Origin: Auanema rhodensis
Taxonomy: Eukaryota > Animalia > Nematoda
NCBI GenBank assembly: GCA_964057225.1
Contig: OZ059900.1
Coordinates: 8,494,001 to 8,558,000 of the forward strand
Reading direction: 5' to 3'
DNA: 64,000 bases
Position numbers and translations under genes: made by a program. How positions within the stretch are numbered: the stretch's first letter is position 1; each line of letters begins with the position of its first letter. The notes under the pieces are model-generated. The model had not been told where the DNA came from. It ran no database searches and saw only the letters and a list, made by a program, of their open reading frames with translations. Positions 41,301-55,500 of the stretch are shown here, in pieces.

Positions 41301-44300
41301 TCCCCAAAAAACCAATAATTCTTGATATTTTCGGTCCTTTTTGACCAAAGTGGTTAAAATTGGACATATATATGTAAAAATAGTCAAAGTTTATGAATCC
41401 TGAATTTCAAATCCATATCTCAAAGGGTCTGATCAAAACATACAGTTTTCACATGTTTTGTACCCAAAATCGTTGAATATATGGCGTTTTGAGCATAAAA
41501 AGGCCCATATTTCACTCAGTTTGGATATTTGTGCAAAATACACCTATATGAACATTCTATGACAGTCTTCCATACATTTAGTCGTTTTAGAAGAAAAAAA
41601 TATGCTTAAGATCAAAAGTTTGACTGATTTAGCCAAAATGCCCTTCAAACCCCAAAAAACCAATAATTCTTGATATTTTCGGTCCTTTTTGACCAAAGTG
41701 GTTAAAATTGGACATATATATGTAAAAATAGTCAAAGTTTATGAATCCTGAATTTCAAATCCATATCTCAAAGGGTCTGATCAAAACATACAGTTTTCAC
41801 ATGTTTTGTACCCAAAATCGTTGAATATATGGCGTTTTGAGCATAAAAAGGCCCATATTTCAATCAGTTTCGATTTTCGTGCAAAATACACCTATATCAA
41901 CATTCTATGACAGTATTCCATACATTTAGTCGTTTTAGAAGAAAAAAATATGCTTAAGATCAAAAGTTTGACTGATTTAGCCAAAATGTCCTTCAAACCC
42001 CAAAAAACCAATAATTCTTGATATTTTCGGTCCTTTTTGACCAAAGTGGTTAAAATTGAACATATATATGTAAAAATAGTCAAAGTTTATGAATCCTGAA
42101 TTTCAAATCCATATCTCAAAGGGTCTGATCAAAACATACAGTTTTCACATGTTTTGTACCCAAAATCGTTGAATATATGGCGTTTTGAGCATAAAAAGGC
42201 CCATATTTCAATCAGTTTTGATATTTGTGCAAAATACACCTATATGAACATTCTATGACAGTATTTCATACATTTAGTCGTTTTAGAAGAAAAAAATATG
42301 CTTAAGATCAGAAGTTTGACTGATTTTGCCAAAATGCCCTTCAATCCCCAAAAAACCAATAATTCTTGATATTTTCGGTCCTTTTTGACCAAAGTGGTTA
42401 AAATTGGACATAAATATGTAAAAATAGTCAAAGTTTATGAATCCTGAATTTCAAATCCATATCTCAAAGGGTCTGATCAAAACATACAGTTTTCACATGT
42501 TTTGTACCCAAAATCGTTGAATATATGGCGTTTTGAGCATAAAAAGGCCCATATTTCAATCAGTTTGGATATTTGTGCAAAATACACCTATATGAACATT
42601 CTATGACAGTATTTCATACATTTAGTCGTTTTAGAAGAAAAAAATATGCTTAAGATCAAAAGTTTGACTGATTTTGCCAAAATGCCCTTCAATCCCCAAA
42701 AAACCAATAATTCTTGATATTTTCGGTCCTTTTTGACCAAAGTGGTTGAAATTGGACATAAATATGTAAAAATAGTCAAAGTTTATGAATCCTGAATTTC
42801 AAATCCATATCTCAAAGGGTCTGATCAAAACATACAGTTTTCACATGTTTTGTACCCAAAATCGTTGAATATATGGCGTTTTGAGCATAAAAAGGCCCAT
42901 ATTTCAATCAGTTTTGATATTCGTGCAAAATACACCTATATGAACATTCTTTGACAGTATTTCATACATTTAGTCGTTTTAGAAGAAAAAAATATGCTTA
43001 AGATCAAAAGTTTGACTGATTTTGCCAAAATGCCCTTCAATCCCCAAAAAACCAATAATTCTTGATATTTTCGGTCCTTTTTGACCAAAGTGGTTAAAAT
43101 TGGACATATATATGTAAAAATAGTCAAAGTTTATGAATCCTGAATTTCAAATCCATATCTCAAAGGGTCTGATCAAAACATACAGTTTTCACATGTTTTG
43201 TACCCAAAATCGTTGAATATATGGCGCTTTGAGCATAAAAAGGCCCATATTTCACTCAGTTTGGATATTTGTGCAAAATACACCTATATGAACATTCTAT
43301 GACAGTCTTCCATACATTTAGTCGTTTTAGAAGAAAAAAATATGCTTATGATCAAAAGTTTGACTGATTTTGCCAAAATGCCCTTCAATCCCCAAAAAAC
43401 CAATAATTCTTGATATTTTCGGTCCTTTTTGACCAAAGTGGTTAAAATTGGACATATATATGTAAAAATAGTCAAAGTTTATGAATCCTGAATTTCAAAT
43501 CCATATCTCAAAGGGTCTGATCAAAACATACAGTTTTCACATGTTTTGTACCCAAAATCGTTGAATATATGGCGTTTTGAGCATAAAAAGGCCCATATTT
43601 CAATCAGTTTCGATATTCGTGCAAAATACACCTATATCAACATTCTATGACAGTATTCCATACATTTAGTCGTTTTAGAAGAAAAAAATATGCTTAAGAT
43701 CAAAAGTTTGACTGATTTAGCCAAAATGTCCTTCAAACCCCAAAAAACCAATAATTCTTGATATTTTCGGTCCTTTTTGACCAAAGTGGTTAAAATTGAA
43801 CATATATATGTAAAAATAGTCAAAGTTTATGAATCCTGAATTTCAAATCCATATCTCAAAGGGTCTGATCAAAACATACAGTTTTCACATGTTTTGTACC
43901 CAAAATCGTTGAATATATGGCGTTTTGAGCATAAAAAGGCCCATATTTCAATCAGTTTTGATATTTGCGCAAAATACACCTATATGAACATTCTATGACA
44001 GTATTTCATACATTTAGTCGTTTTAGAAGAAAAAAATATGCTTAAGATCAGAAGTTTGACTGATTTTGCCAAAATGCCCTTCAATCCCCAAAAAACCAAT
44101 AATTCTTGATATTTTCGGTCCTTTTTGACCAAAGTGGTTAAAATTGGACATAAATATGTAAAAATAGTCAAAGTTTATGAATCCTGAATTTCAAATCCAT
44201 ATCTCAAAGGGTCTGATCAAAACATACAGTTTTCACATGTTTTGTACCCAAAATCGTTGAATATATGGCGTTTTGAGCATAAAAAGGCCCATATTTCAAT

Positions 44301-45100
44301 CAGTTTGGATATTTGTGCAAAATACACCTATATGAACATTCTATGACAGTATTTCATACATTTAGTCGTTTTAGAAGAAAAAAATATGCTTAAGATCAAA
44401 AGTTTGACTGATTTTGCCAAAATGCCCGTCAATCCCCAAAAAACCAATAATTCTTGATATTTTCGGTCCTTTTTGACCAAAGTGGTTGAAATTGGACATA
44501 AATATGTAAAAATAGTCAAAGTTTATGAATCCTGAATTTCAAATCCATATCTCAAAGGGTCTGATCAAAACATACAGTTTTCACATGTTTTGTACCCAAA
44601 ATCGTTGAATATATGGCGTTTTGAGCATAAAAAGGCCCATATTTCAATCAGTTTTGATATTCGTGCAAAATACACCTATATGAACATTCTTTGACAGTAT
44701 TTCATACATTTAGTCGTTTTAGAAGAAAAAAATATGCTTAAGATCAAAAGTTTGACTGATTTTGCCGAAATGCCCTTCAATCCCCAAAAAACCAATAATT
44801 CTTGATATTTTCGGTCCTTTTTGACCAAAGTGGTTAAAATTGGACATATATATGTAAAAATAGTCAAAGTTTATGAATCCTGAATTTCAAATCCATATCT
44901 CAAAGGGTCTGATCAAAACATACAGTTTTCACATGTTTTGTACCCAAAATCGTTGAATATATGGCGTTTTGAGCATAAAAAGGCCCATATTTCACTCAGT
45001 TTGGATATTTGTGCAAAATACACCTATATGAACATTCTATGACAGTCTTCCATACATTTAGTCGTTTTAGAAGAAAAAAATATGCTTAAGATCAAAAGTT
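38312..45100. repeat. Nested higher-order repeat: 10-monomer (3480-bp) tandem duplication built from two related 5-monomer units
   Basis: Rare variants pair at 3480 bp: CGATTTTCGT (38391/41871), GGCGCTTT and CTTATGATC (M115/M125), TTTGCGC (M117/M127), GCCCGTC (M118/M128) and GCCGAAA (M119/M129). Monomer types repeat every 1740 bp. Confidence 0.95.
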
Positions 45101-46099
45101 TGACTGATTTTGCCAAAATGCCCGTCAATCCCCAAAAAACCAATAATTCTTGATATTTTCGGTCCTTTTTGACCAAAGTGGTTGAAATTGGACATAAATA
45201 TGTAAAAATAGTCTAAGTTTATGAATCCTGAATTTCAAATCCATATCTCAAAGGGTCTGATCAAAACATACAGTTTTCACATGTTTTGTACCCAAAATCG
45301 TTGAATATATGGCGTTTTGAGCATAAAAAGGCCCATATTTCAATCAGTTTTGATATTCGTGCAAAATACACCTATATGAACATTCTTTGACAGTATTTCA
45401 TACATTTAGTCGTTTTAGAAGAAAAAAATATGCTTAAGATCAAAAGTTTGACTGATTTTGCCAAAATGCCCTTCAATCCCCAAAAAACCAATAATTCTTG
45501 ATATTTTCGGTCCTTTTTGACCAAAGTGGTTAAAATTGGACATATATATGTAAAAATAGTCAAAGTTTATGAATCCTGAATTTCAAATCCATATCTCAAA
45601 GGGTCTGATCAAAACATACAGTTTTCACATGTTTTGTACCCAAAATCGTTGAATATATGGCGTTTTGAGCATAAAAAGGCCCATATTTCACTCAGTTTGG
45701 ATATTTGTGCAAAATACACCTATATGAACATTCTATGACAGTCTTCCATACATTTAGTCGTTTTAGAAGAAAAAAATATGCTTAAGATCAAAAGTTTGAC
45801 TGATTTTGCCAAAATGCCCTTCAATCCCCAAAAAACCAATAATTCTTGATATTTTCGGTCCTTTTTGACCAAAGTGGTTAAAATTGGACATATATATGTA
45901 AAAATAGTCAAAGTTTATGAATCCTGAATTTCAAATCCATATCTCAAAGGGTCTGATCAAAACATACAGTTTTCACATGTTTTGTACCCAAAATCGTTGA
46001 ATATATGGCGTTTTGAGCATAAAAAGGCCCATATTTCAATCAGTTTCGATATTCGTGCAAAATACACCTATATCAACATTCTATGACAGTATTTCATAC

Positions 46100-49000
46100 A
46101 TTTAGTCGTTTTAGAAGAAAAAAATATGCTTAAGATCAAAAGTTTGACTGATTTTGCCAAAATGCCCTTCAATCCCCAAAAAACCAATAATTCTTGATAT
46201 TTTCGGTCCTTTTTGACCAAAGTGGTTAAAATTGAACATATATATGTAAAAATAGTCAAAGTTTATGAATCCTGAATTTAAAATCCATATCTCAAAGGGT
46301 CTGATCAAAACATACAGTTTTCACATGTTTTGTACCCAAAATCGTTGAATATATGGCGTTTTGAGCATAAAAAGGCCCATATTTCAATCAGTTTCGATAT
46401 TCGTGCAAAATACACCTATATCAACATTCTATGACAGTATTTCATACATTTAGTCGTTTTAGAAGAAAAAAATATGCTTAAGATCAAAAGTTTGACTGAT
46501 TTTGCCAAAATGCCCTTCAATCCCCAAAAAACCAATAATTCTTGATATTTTCGGTCCTTTTTGACCAAAGTGGTTAAAATTGAACATATATATGTAAAAA
46601 TAGTCAAAGTTTATGAATCCTGAATTTAAAATCCATATCTCAAAGGGTCTGATCAAAACATACAGTTTTCACATGTTTTGTACCCAAAATCGTTGAATAT
46701 ATGGCGTTTTGAGCATAAAAAGGCCCATATTTCAATCAGTTTTGATATTTGTGCAAAATAGACCTATATGAACATTTTATGACAGTATTTCATACATTTA
46801 GTCGTTTTAGAAGAAAAAAATATGCTTAAGATCAAAAGTTTGACTGATTTAGCCAAAATGTCCTTCAAACCCCAAAAAACCAATAATTCTTGATATTTTC
46901 GGTCCTTTTTGACCAAAGTGGTTAAAATTGAACATATATATGTAAAAATAGTCAAAGTTTATGAATCCTGAATTTCAAATCCATATCTCAAAGGGTCTGA
47001 TCAAAACATACAGTTTTCACATGTTTTGTACCCAAAATCGTTGAATATATGGCGTTTTGAGCATAAAAAGGCCCATATTTCAATCAGTTTTGATATTTGT
47101 GCAAAATACACCTATATGAACATTCTATGACAGTATTTCATACATTTAGTCGTTTTAGAAGAAAAAAATATGCTTAAGATCAGAAGTTTGACTGATTTTG
47201 CCAAAATGCCCTTCAATCCCCAAAAAACCAATAATTCTTGATATTTTCGGTCCTTTTTGACCAAAGTGGTTAAAATTGGACATAAATATGTAAAAATAGT
47301 CAAAGTTTATGAATCCTGAATTTCAAATCCATATCTCAAAGGGTCTGATCAAAACATACAGTTTTCACATGTTTTGTACCCAAAATCGTTGAATATATGG
47401 CGTTTTGAGCATAAAAAGGCCCATATTTCAATCAGTTTGGATATTTGTGCAAAATACACCTATATGAACATTCTATGACAGTATTTCATACATTTAGTCG
47501 TTTTAGAAGAAAAAAATATGCTTAAGATCAAAAGTTTGACTGATTTTGCCAAAATGCCCTTCAATCCCCAAAAAACCAATAATTCTTGATATTTTCGGTC
47601 CTTTTTGACCAAAGTGGTTAAAATTAGACATAAATATGTAAAAATAGTCAAAGTTTATGAATCCTGAATTTCAAATCCATATCTCAAAGGGTCTGATCAA
47701 AACATACAGTTTTCACATGTTTTGTACCCAAAATCGTTGAATATATGGCGTTTTGAGCATAAAAAGGCCCATATTTCACTCAGTTTGGATATTTGTGCAA
47801 AATACACCTATATGAACATTCTATGACAGTCTTCCATACATTTAGTCGTTTTAGAAGAAAAAAATATGCTTAAGATCAAAAGTTTGACTGATTTTGCCAA
47901 AATGCCCTTCAATCCCCAAAAAACCAATAATTCTTGATATTTTCGGTCCTTTTTGACCAAAGTGGTTAAAATTGGACATATATATGTAAAAATAGTCAAA
48001 GTTTATGAATCCTGAATTTCAAATCCATATCTCAAAGGGTCTGATCAAAACATACAGTTTTCACATGTTTTGTACCCAAAATCGTTGAATATATGGCGTT
48101 TTGAGCATAAAAAGGCCCATATTTCAATCAGTTTTGATATTTGTGCAAAATAGACCTATATGAACATTTTATGACAGTATTTCATACATTTAGTCGTTTT
48201 AGAAGAAAAAAATATGCTTAAGATCAAAAGTTTGACTGATTTAGCCAAAATGTCCTTCAAACCCCAAAAAACCAATAATTCTTGATATTTTTGGTCCTTT
48301 TTGACCAAAGTGGTTAAAATTGAACATATATATGTAAAAATAGTCAAAGTTTATGAATCCTGAATTTCAAATCCATATCTCAAAGGGTCTGATCAAAACA
48401 TACAGTTTTCACATGTTTTGTACCCAAAATCGTTGAATATATGGCGTTTTGAGCATAAAAAGGCCCATATTTCAATCAGTTTTGATATTTGTGCAAAATA
48501 GACCTATATGAACATTTTATGACAGTATTTCATACATTTAGTCGTTTTAGAAGAAAAAAATATGCTTAAGATCAAAAGTTTGACTGATTTAGCCAAAATG
48601 TCCTTCAAACCCCAAAAAACCAATAATTCTTGATATTTTTGGTCCTTTTTGACCAAAGTGGTTAAAATTGAACATATATATGTAAAAATAGTCAAAGTTT
48701 ATGAATCCTGAATTTCAAATCCATATCTCAAAGGGTCTGATCAAAACATACAGTTTTCACATGTTTTGTACCCAAAATCGTTGAATATATGGCGTTTAGA
48801 GCATAAAAAGGCCCATATTTCAATCAGTTTCGATATTCGTGCAAAATACACCTATATGAACATTCTATGACAGTATTTCATACATTTAGTCGTTTTAGAA
48901 GAAAAAAATATGCTTAAGATCAGAAGTTTGACTGATTTTGCCAAAATGCCCTTCAATCCCCAAAAAACCAATAATTCTTGATATTTTCGGTCCTTTTTGA

Positions 49001-52000
49001 CCAAAGTGGTTAAAATTAGACATAAATATGTAAAAATAGTCAAAGTTTATGAATCCTGAATTTCAAATCCATATCTCAAAGGGTCTGATCAAAACATACA
49101 GTTTTCACATGTTTTGTACCCAGAATCGTTGAATATATGGCGTTTAGAGCATAAAAAGGCCCATATTTCAATCAGTTTCGATATTCGTGCAAAATACACC
49201 TATATCAACATTCTATGACAGTATTCCATACATTTAGTCGTTTTAGAAGAAAAAAATATGCTTAAGATCAAAAGTTTGACTGATTTTGCCAAAATGCCCT
49301 TCAATCCCCAAAAAACCAATAATTCTTGATATTTTCGGTCCTTTTTGACCAAAGTGGTTAAAATTGAACATATATATGTAAAAATAGTCAAAGTTTATGA
49401 ATCCTGAATTTAAAATCCATATCTCAAAGGGTCTGATCAAAACATACAGTTTTCACATGTTTTGTACCCAAAATCGTTGAATATATGGCGTTTTGAGCAT
49501 AAAAAGGCCCATATTTCAATCAGTTTCGATATTCGTGCAAAATACACCTATATCAACATTCTATGACAGTATTTCATACATTTAGTCGTTTTAGAAGAAA
49601 AAAATATGCTTAAGATCAAAAGTTTGACTGATTTTGCCAAAATGCCCTTCAATCCCCAAAAAACCAATAATTCTTGATATTTTCGGTCCTTTTTGACCAA
49701 AGTGGTTAAAATTGAACATATATATGTAAAAATAGTCAAAGTTTATGAATCCTGAATTTAAAATCCATATCTCAAAGGGTCTGATCAAAACATACAGTTT
49801 TCACATGTTTTGTACCCAAAATCGTTGAATATATGGCGTTTTGAGCATAAAAAGGCCCATATTTCAATCAGTTTTGATATTTGTGCAAAATAGACCTATA
49901 TGAACATTTTATGACAGTATTTCATACATTTAGTCGTTTTAGAAGAAAAAAATATGCTTAAGATCAAAAGTTTGACTGATTTAGCCAAAATGTCCTTCAA
50001 ACCCCAAAAAACCAATAATTCTTGATATTTTCGGTCCTTTTTGACCAAAGTGGTTAAAATTGAACATATATATGTAAAAATAGTCAAAGTTTATGAATCC
50101 TGAATTTCAAATCCATATCTCAAAGGGTCTGATCAAAACATACAGTTTTCACATGTTTTGTACCCAAAATCGTTGAATATATGGCGTTTTGAGCATAAAA
50201 AGGCCCATATTTCAATCAGTTTTGATATTTGTGCAAAATACACCTATATGAACATTCTATGACAGTATTTCATACATTTAGTCGTTTTAGAAGAAAAAAA
50301 TATGCTTAAGATCAGAAGTTTGACTGATTTTGCCAAAATGCCCTTCAATCCCCAAAAAACCAATAATTCTTGATATTTTCGGTCCTTTTTGACCAAAGTG
50401 GTTAAAATTGGACATAAATATGTAAAAATAGTCAAAGTTTATGAATCCTGAATTTCAAATCCATATCTCAAAGGGTCTGATCAAAACATACAGTTTTCAC
50501 ATGTTTTGTACCCAAAATCGTTGAATATATGGCGTTTTGAGCATAAAAAGGCCCATATTTCAATCAGTTTGGATATTTGTGCAAAATACACCTATATGAA
50601 CATTCTATGACAGTATTTCATACATTTAGTCGTTTTAGAAGAAAAAAATATGCTTAAGATCAAAAGTTTGACTGATTTTGCCAAAATGCCCTTCAATCCC
50701 CAAAAAACCAATAATTCTTGATATTTTCGGTCCTTTTTGACCAAAGTGGTTAAAATTAGACATAAATATGTAAAAATAGTCAAAGTTTATGAATCCTGAA
50801 TTTCAAATCCATATCTCAAAGGGTCTGATCAAAACATACAGTTTTCACATGTTTTGTACCCAAAATCGTTGAATATATGGCGTTTTGAGCATAAAAAGGC
50901 CCATATTTCACTCAGTTTGGATATTTGTGCAAAATACACCTATATGAACATTCTATGACAGTCTTCCATACATTTAGTCGTTTTAGAAGAAAAAAATATG
51001 CTTAAGATCAAAAGTTTGACTGATTTTGCCAAAATGCCCTTCAATCCCCAAAAAACCAATAATTCTTGATATTTTCGGTCCTTTTTGACCAAAGTGGTTA
51101 AAATTGGACATATATATGTAAAAATAGTCAAAGTTTATGAATCCTGAATTTCAAATCCATATCTCAAAGGGTCTGATCAAAACATACAGTTTTCACATGT
51201 TTTGTACCCAAAATCGTTGAATATATGGCGTTTTGAGCATAAAAAGGCCCATATTTCAATCAGTTTTGATATTTGTGCAAAATAGACCTATATGAACATT
51301 TTATGACAGTATTTCATACATTTAGTCGTTTTAGAAGAAAAAAATATGCTTAAGATCAAAAGTTTGACTGATTTAGCCAAAATGTCCTTCAAACCCCAAA
51401 AAACCAATAATTCTTGATATTTTTGGTCCTTTTTGACCAAAGTGGTTAAAATTGAACATATATATGTAAAAATAGTCAAAGTTTATGAATCCTGAATTTC
51501 AAATCCATATCTCAAAGGGTCTGATCAAAACATACAGTTTTCACATGTTTTGTACCCAAAATCGTTGAATATATGGCGTTTTGAGCATAAAAAGGCCCAT
51601 ATTTCAATCAGTTTTGATATTTGTGCAAAATAGACCTATATGAACATTTTATGACAGTATTTCATACATTTAGTCGTTTTAGAAGAAAAAAATATGCTTA
51701 AGATCAAAAGTTTGACTGATTTAGCCAAAATGTCCTTCAAACCCCAAAAAACCAATAATTCTTGATATTTTTGGTCCTTTTTGACCAAAGTGGTTAAAAT
51801 TGAACATATATATGTAAAAATAGTCAAAGTTTATGAATCCTGAATTTCAAATCCATATCTCAAAGGGTCTGATCAAAACATACAGTTTTCACATGTTTTG
51901 TACCCAAAATCGTTGAATATATGGCGTTTAGAGCATAAAAAGGCCCATATTTCAATCAGTTTCGATATTCGTGCAAAATACACCTATATGAACATTCTAT

Positions 52001-52540
52001 GACAGTATTTCATACATTTAGTCGTTTTAGAAGAAAAAAATATGCTTAAGATCAGAAGTTTGACTGATTTTGCCAAAATGCCCTTCAATCCCCAAAAAAC
52101 CAATAATTCTTGATATTTTCGGTCCTTTTTGACCAAAGTGGTTAAAATTAGACATAAATATGTAAAAATAGTCAAAGTTTATGAATCCTGAATTTCAAAT
52201 CCATATCTCAAAGGGTCTGATCAAAACATACAGTTTTCACATGTTTTGTACCCAGAATCGTTGAATATATGGCGTTTAGAGCATAAAAAGGCCCATATTT
52301 CAATCAGTTTCGATATTCGTGCAAAATACACCTATATCAACATTCTATGACAGTATTCCATACATTTAGTCGTTTTAGAAGAAAAAAATATGCTTAAGAT
52401 CAAAAGTTTGACTGATTTTGCCAAAATGCCCTTCAATCCCCAAAAAACCAATAATTCTTGATATTTTCGGTCCTTTTTGACCAAAGTGGTTAAAATTGAA
52501 CATATATATGTAAAAATAGTCAAAGTTTATGAATCCTGAA
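46100..52540. repeat. 9-monomer (3132-bp) tandem duplication
   Basis: M134-M142 match M143-M151. Examples are the paired ATTTTATGAC/TTTTTGGT monomers at 48056+48404 and 51188+51536, and CCAGAATC/TTTAGAGC at 49100 and 52232. End points are approximate. Confidence 0.93.
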
Positions 52541-55500
52541 TTTCAAATCCATATCTCAAAGGGTCTGATCAAAACATACAGTTTTCACATGTTTTGTACC
52601 CAAAATCGTTGAATATATGGCGTTTTGAGCATAAAAAGGCCCATATTTCAATCAGTTTTGATATTTGTGCAAAATAGACCTATATGAACATTCTATGACA
52701 GTATTTCATACATTTAGTCGTTTTAGAAGAAAAAAATATGCTTAAGATCAAAAGTTTGACTGATTTTGCCAAAATGCCCTTCAATAACCAAAAAACCAAT
52801 AATTCTTGATATTTTCAGTCCTTTTCGACCAAAGTGGTTAAAATTGGACATAAATATGTAAAAATAGTCAAAGTTTATGAATCCTGAATTTCAAATCCAT
52901 ATCTCAAAGGGTCTGATCAAAACATACAGTTTTCACATGTTTTGTACCCAAAATCGTTGAATATATGGCGTTTTGAGCATAAAAAGGCCCATATTTCAAT
53001 CAGTTTCGATATTCTTGCAAAATACACCTATATCAACATTCTATGACAGTACTCCATACATTTAGTCGTTTTAGAAGAAAAAAATATGCTTAAGATCAAA
53101 AGTTTGACTGATTTTGCCAAAATGCCCTTCAATCCCCAAAAAACCAATAATTCTTGATATTTTCGGTCCTTCTTGACCAAAGTGGTTAAAATTGGACATA
53201 AATATGTAAAAATAGTCAAAGTTTATGAATCCTGAATTTCAAATCCATATCTCAAAGGGTCTGATCAAAACATACAGTTTTCACATGTTTTGTACCCAAA
53301 ATCGTTGAATATATGGCGTTTTGAGCATAAAAAGGCCCATATTTCAATCAGTTTCGATATTCGTGCAAAATACACCTATATCAACATTCTATGACAGTAT
53401 TCCATACATTTAGTCGTTTTAGAAGAAAAAAATATGCTTAAGATCAAAAGTTTGACTGATTTTGCCAAAATGCCCTTCAATCCCCAAAAAACCAATAATT
53501 CTTGATATTTTCGGTCCTTTTTGACCAAAGTGGTTAAAATTGGACACAAATATGTAAAAATAGTCAAAGTTTATGAATCCTGAATTTCAAATCCATATCT
53601 CAAAGGGTCTGATCAAAACATACAGTTTTCACATGTTTTGTACCCAAAATCGTTGAATATATGGCGTTTTGAGCATAAAAAGGCCCATATTTCAATCAGT
53701 TTCGATATTCGTGCAAAATACACCTATATCAACATTCTATGACAGTATTCCATACATTTAGTCGTTTTAGAAGAAAAAAATATGCTTAAGATCAAAAGTT
53801 TGACTGATTTTGCCAAAATGCCCTTCAATCCCCAAAAAACCAATAATTCTTGATATTTTCGGTCCTTTTTGACCAAAGTGGTTGAAATTGGACATAAATA
53901 TGTAAAAATAGTCAAAGTTTATGAATCCTGAATTTCAAATCCATATCTCAAAGGGTCTGATCAAAACATACAGTTTTCACATGTTTTGTACCCAAAATCG
54001 TTGAATATATGGCGTTTTGAGCATAAAAAGGCCCATATTTCAATCAGTTTTGATATTCGTGCAAAATACACCTATATGAACATTCTTTGACAGTATTTCA
54101 TACATTTAGTCGTTTTAGAAGAAAAAAATATGCTTAAGATCAAAAGTTTGACTGATTTTGCCAAAATGCCCTTCAATCCCCAAAAAACCAATAATTCTTG
54201 ATATTTTCGGTCTTTTTGACCAAAGTGGTTAAAATTGGACATATATATGTAAAAATAGTCAAAGTTTATGAATCCTGAATTTCAAATCCATATCTCAAAG
54301 GGTCTGATCAAAACATACAGTTTTCACATGTTTTGTATCCAAAATCGTTGAATATATGGCGTTTTGAGCATAAAAAGGCCCATATTTCACTCAGTTTGGA
54401 TATTTGTGCAAAATACACCTATATGAACATTCTATGACAGTCTTCCATACATTTAGTCGTTTTAGAAGAAAAAAATATGCTTAAGATCAAAAGTTTGACT
54501 GATTTTGCCAAAATGCCCTTCAATAACCAAAAAACCAATAATTCTTGATATTTTCAGTCCTTTTTGACCAAAGTGGTTAAAATTGGACATAAATATGTAA
54601 AAATAGTCAAAGTTTATGAATCCTGAATTTCAAATCCATATCTCAAAGGGTCTGATCAAAACATACAGTTTTCACATGTTTTGTACCCAAAATCGTTGAA
54701 TATATGGCGTTTTGAGCATAAAAAGGCCCATATTTCAATCAGTTTTGATATTCGTGCAAAATACACCTATATGAACATTCTTTGACAGTATTTCATACAT
54801 TTAGTCGTTTTAGAAGAAAAAAATATGCTTAAGATCAAAAGTTTGACTGATTTTGCCAAAATGCCCTTCAATCCCCAAAAAACCAATAATTCTTGATATT
54901 TTCGGTCCTTTTTGACCAAAGTGGTTAAAATTGGACATAAATATGTAAAAATAGTCAAAGTTTATGAATCCTGAATTTCAAATCCATATCTCAAAGGGTC
55001 TGATCAAAACATACAGTTTTCACATGTTTTGTACCCAAAATCGTTGAATATATGGCGTTTTGAGCATAAAAAGGCCCATATTTCAATCAGTTTCGATATT
55101 CGTGCAAAATACACCTATATCAACATTCTATGACAGTATTCCATACATTTAGTCGTTTTAGAAGAAAAAAATATGCTTAAGATCAAAAGTTTGACTGATT
55201 TTGCCAAAATGCCCTTCAATCCCCAAAAAACCAATAATTCTTGATATTTTCGGTCCTTTTTAACCAAAGTGGTTAAAATTGAACATATATATGTAAAAAT
55301 AGTCAAAGTTTATGAATCCTGAATTTCAAATCCATATCTCAAAGGGTCTGATCAAAACATACAGTTTTCACATGTTTTGTACCCAAAATCGTTGAATATA
55401 TGGCGTTTTGAGCATAAAAAGGCCCATATTTCAATCAGTTTCGATATTCGTGCAAAATACACCTATATCAACATTCTATGACAGTATTCCATACATTTAG

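Noticed and set aside
7804-49788. Sporadic 65-aa, 72-aa and 100-aa ORFs (MIRPFEIW..., MDFKFRIN..., 8346-8648)
   Set aside because: They appear only where a substitution or the 2-bp deletion removes a stop or shifts the frame. These are chance read-throughs of the satellite.
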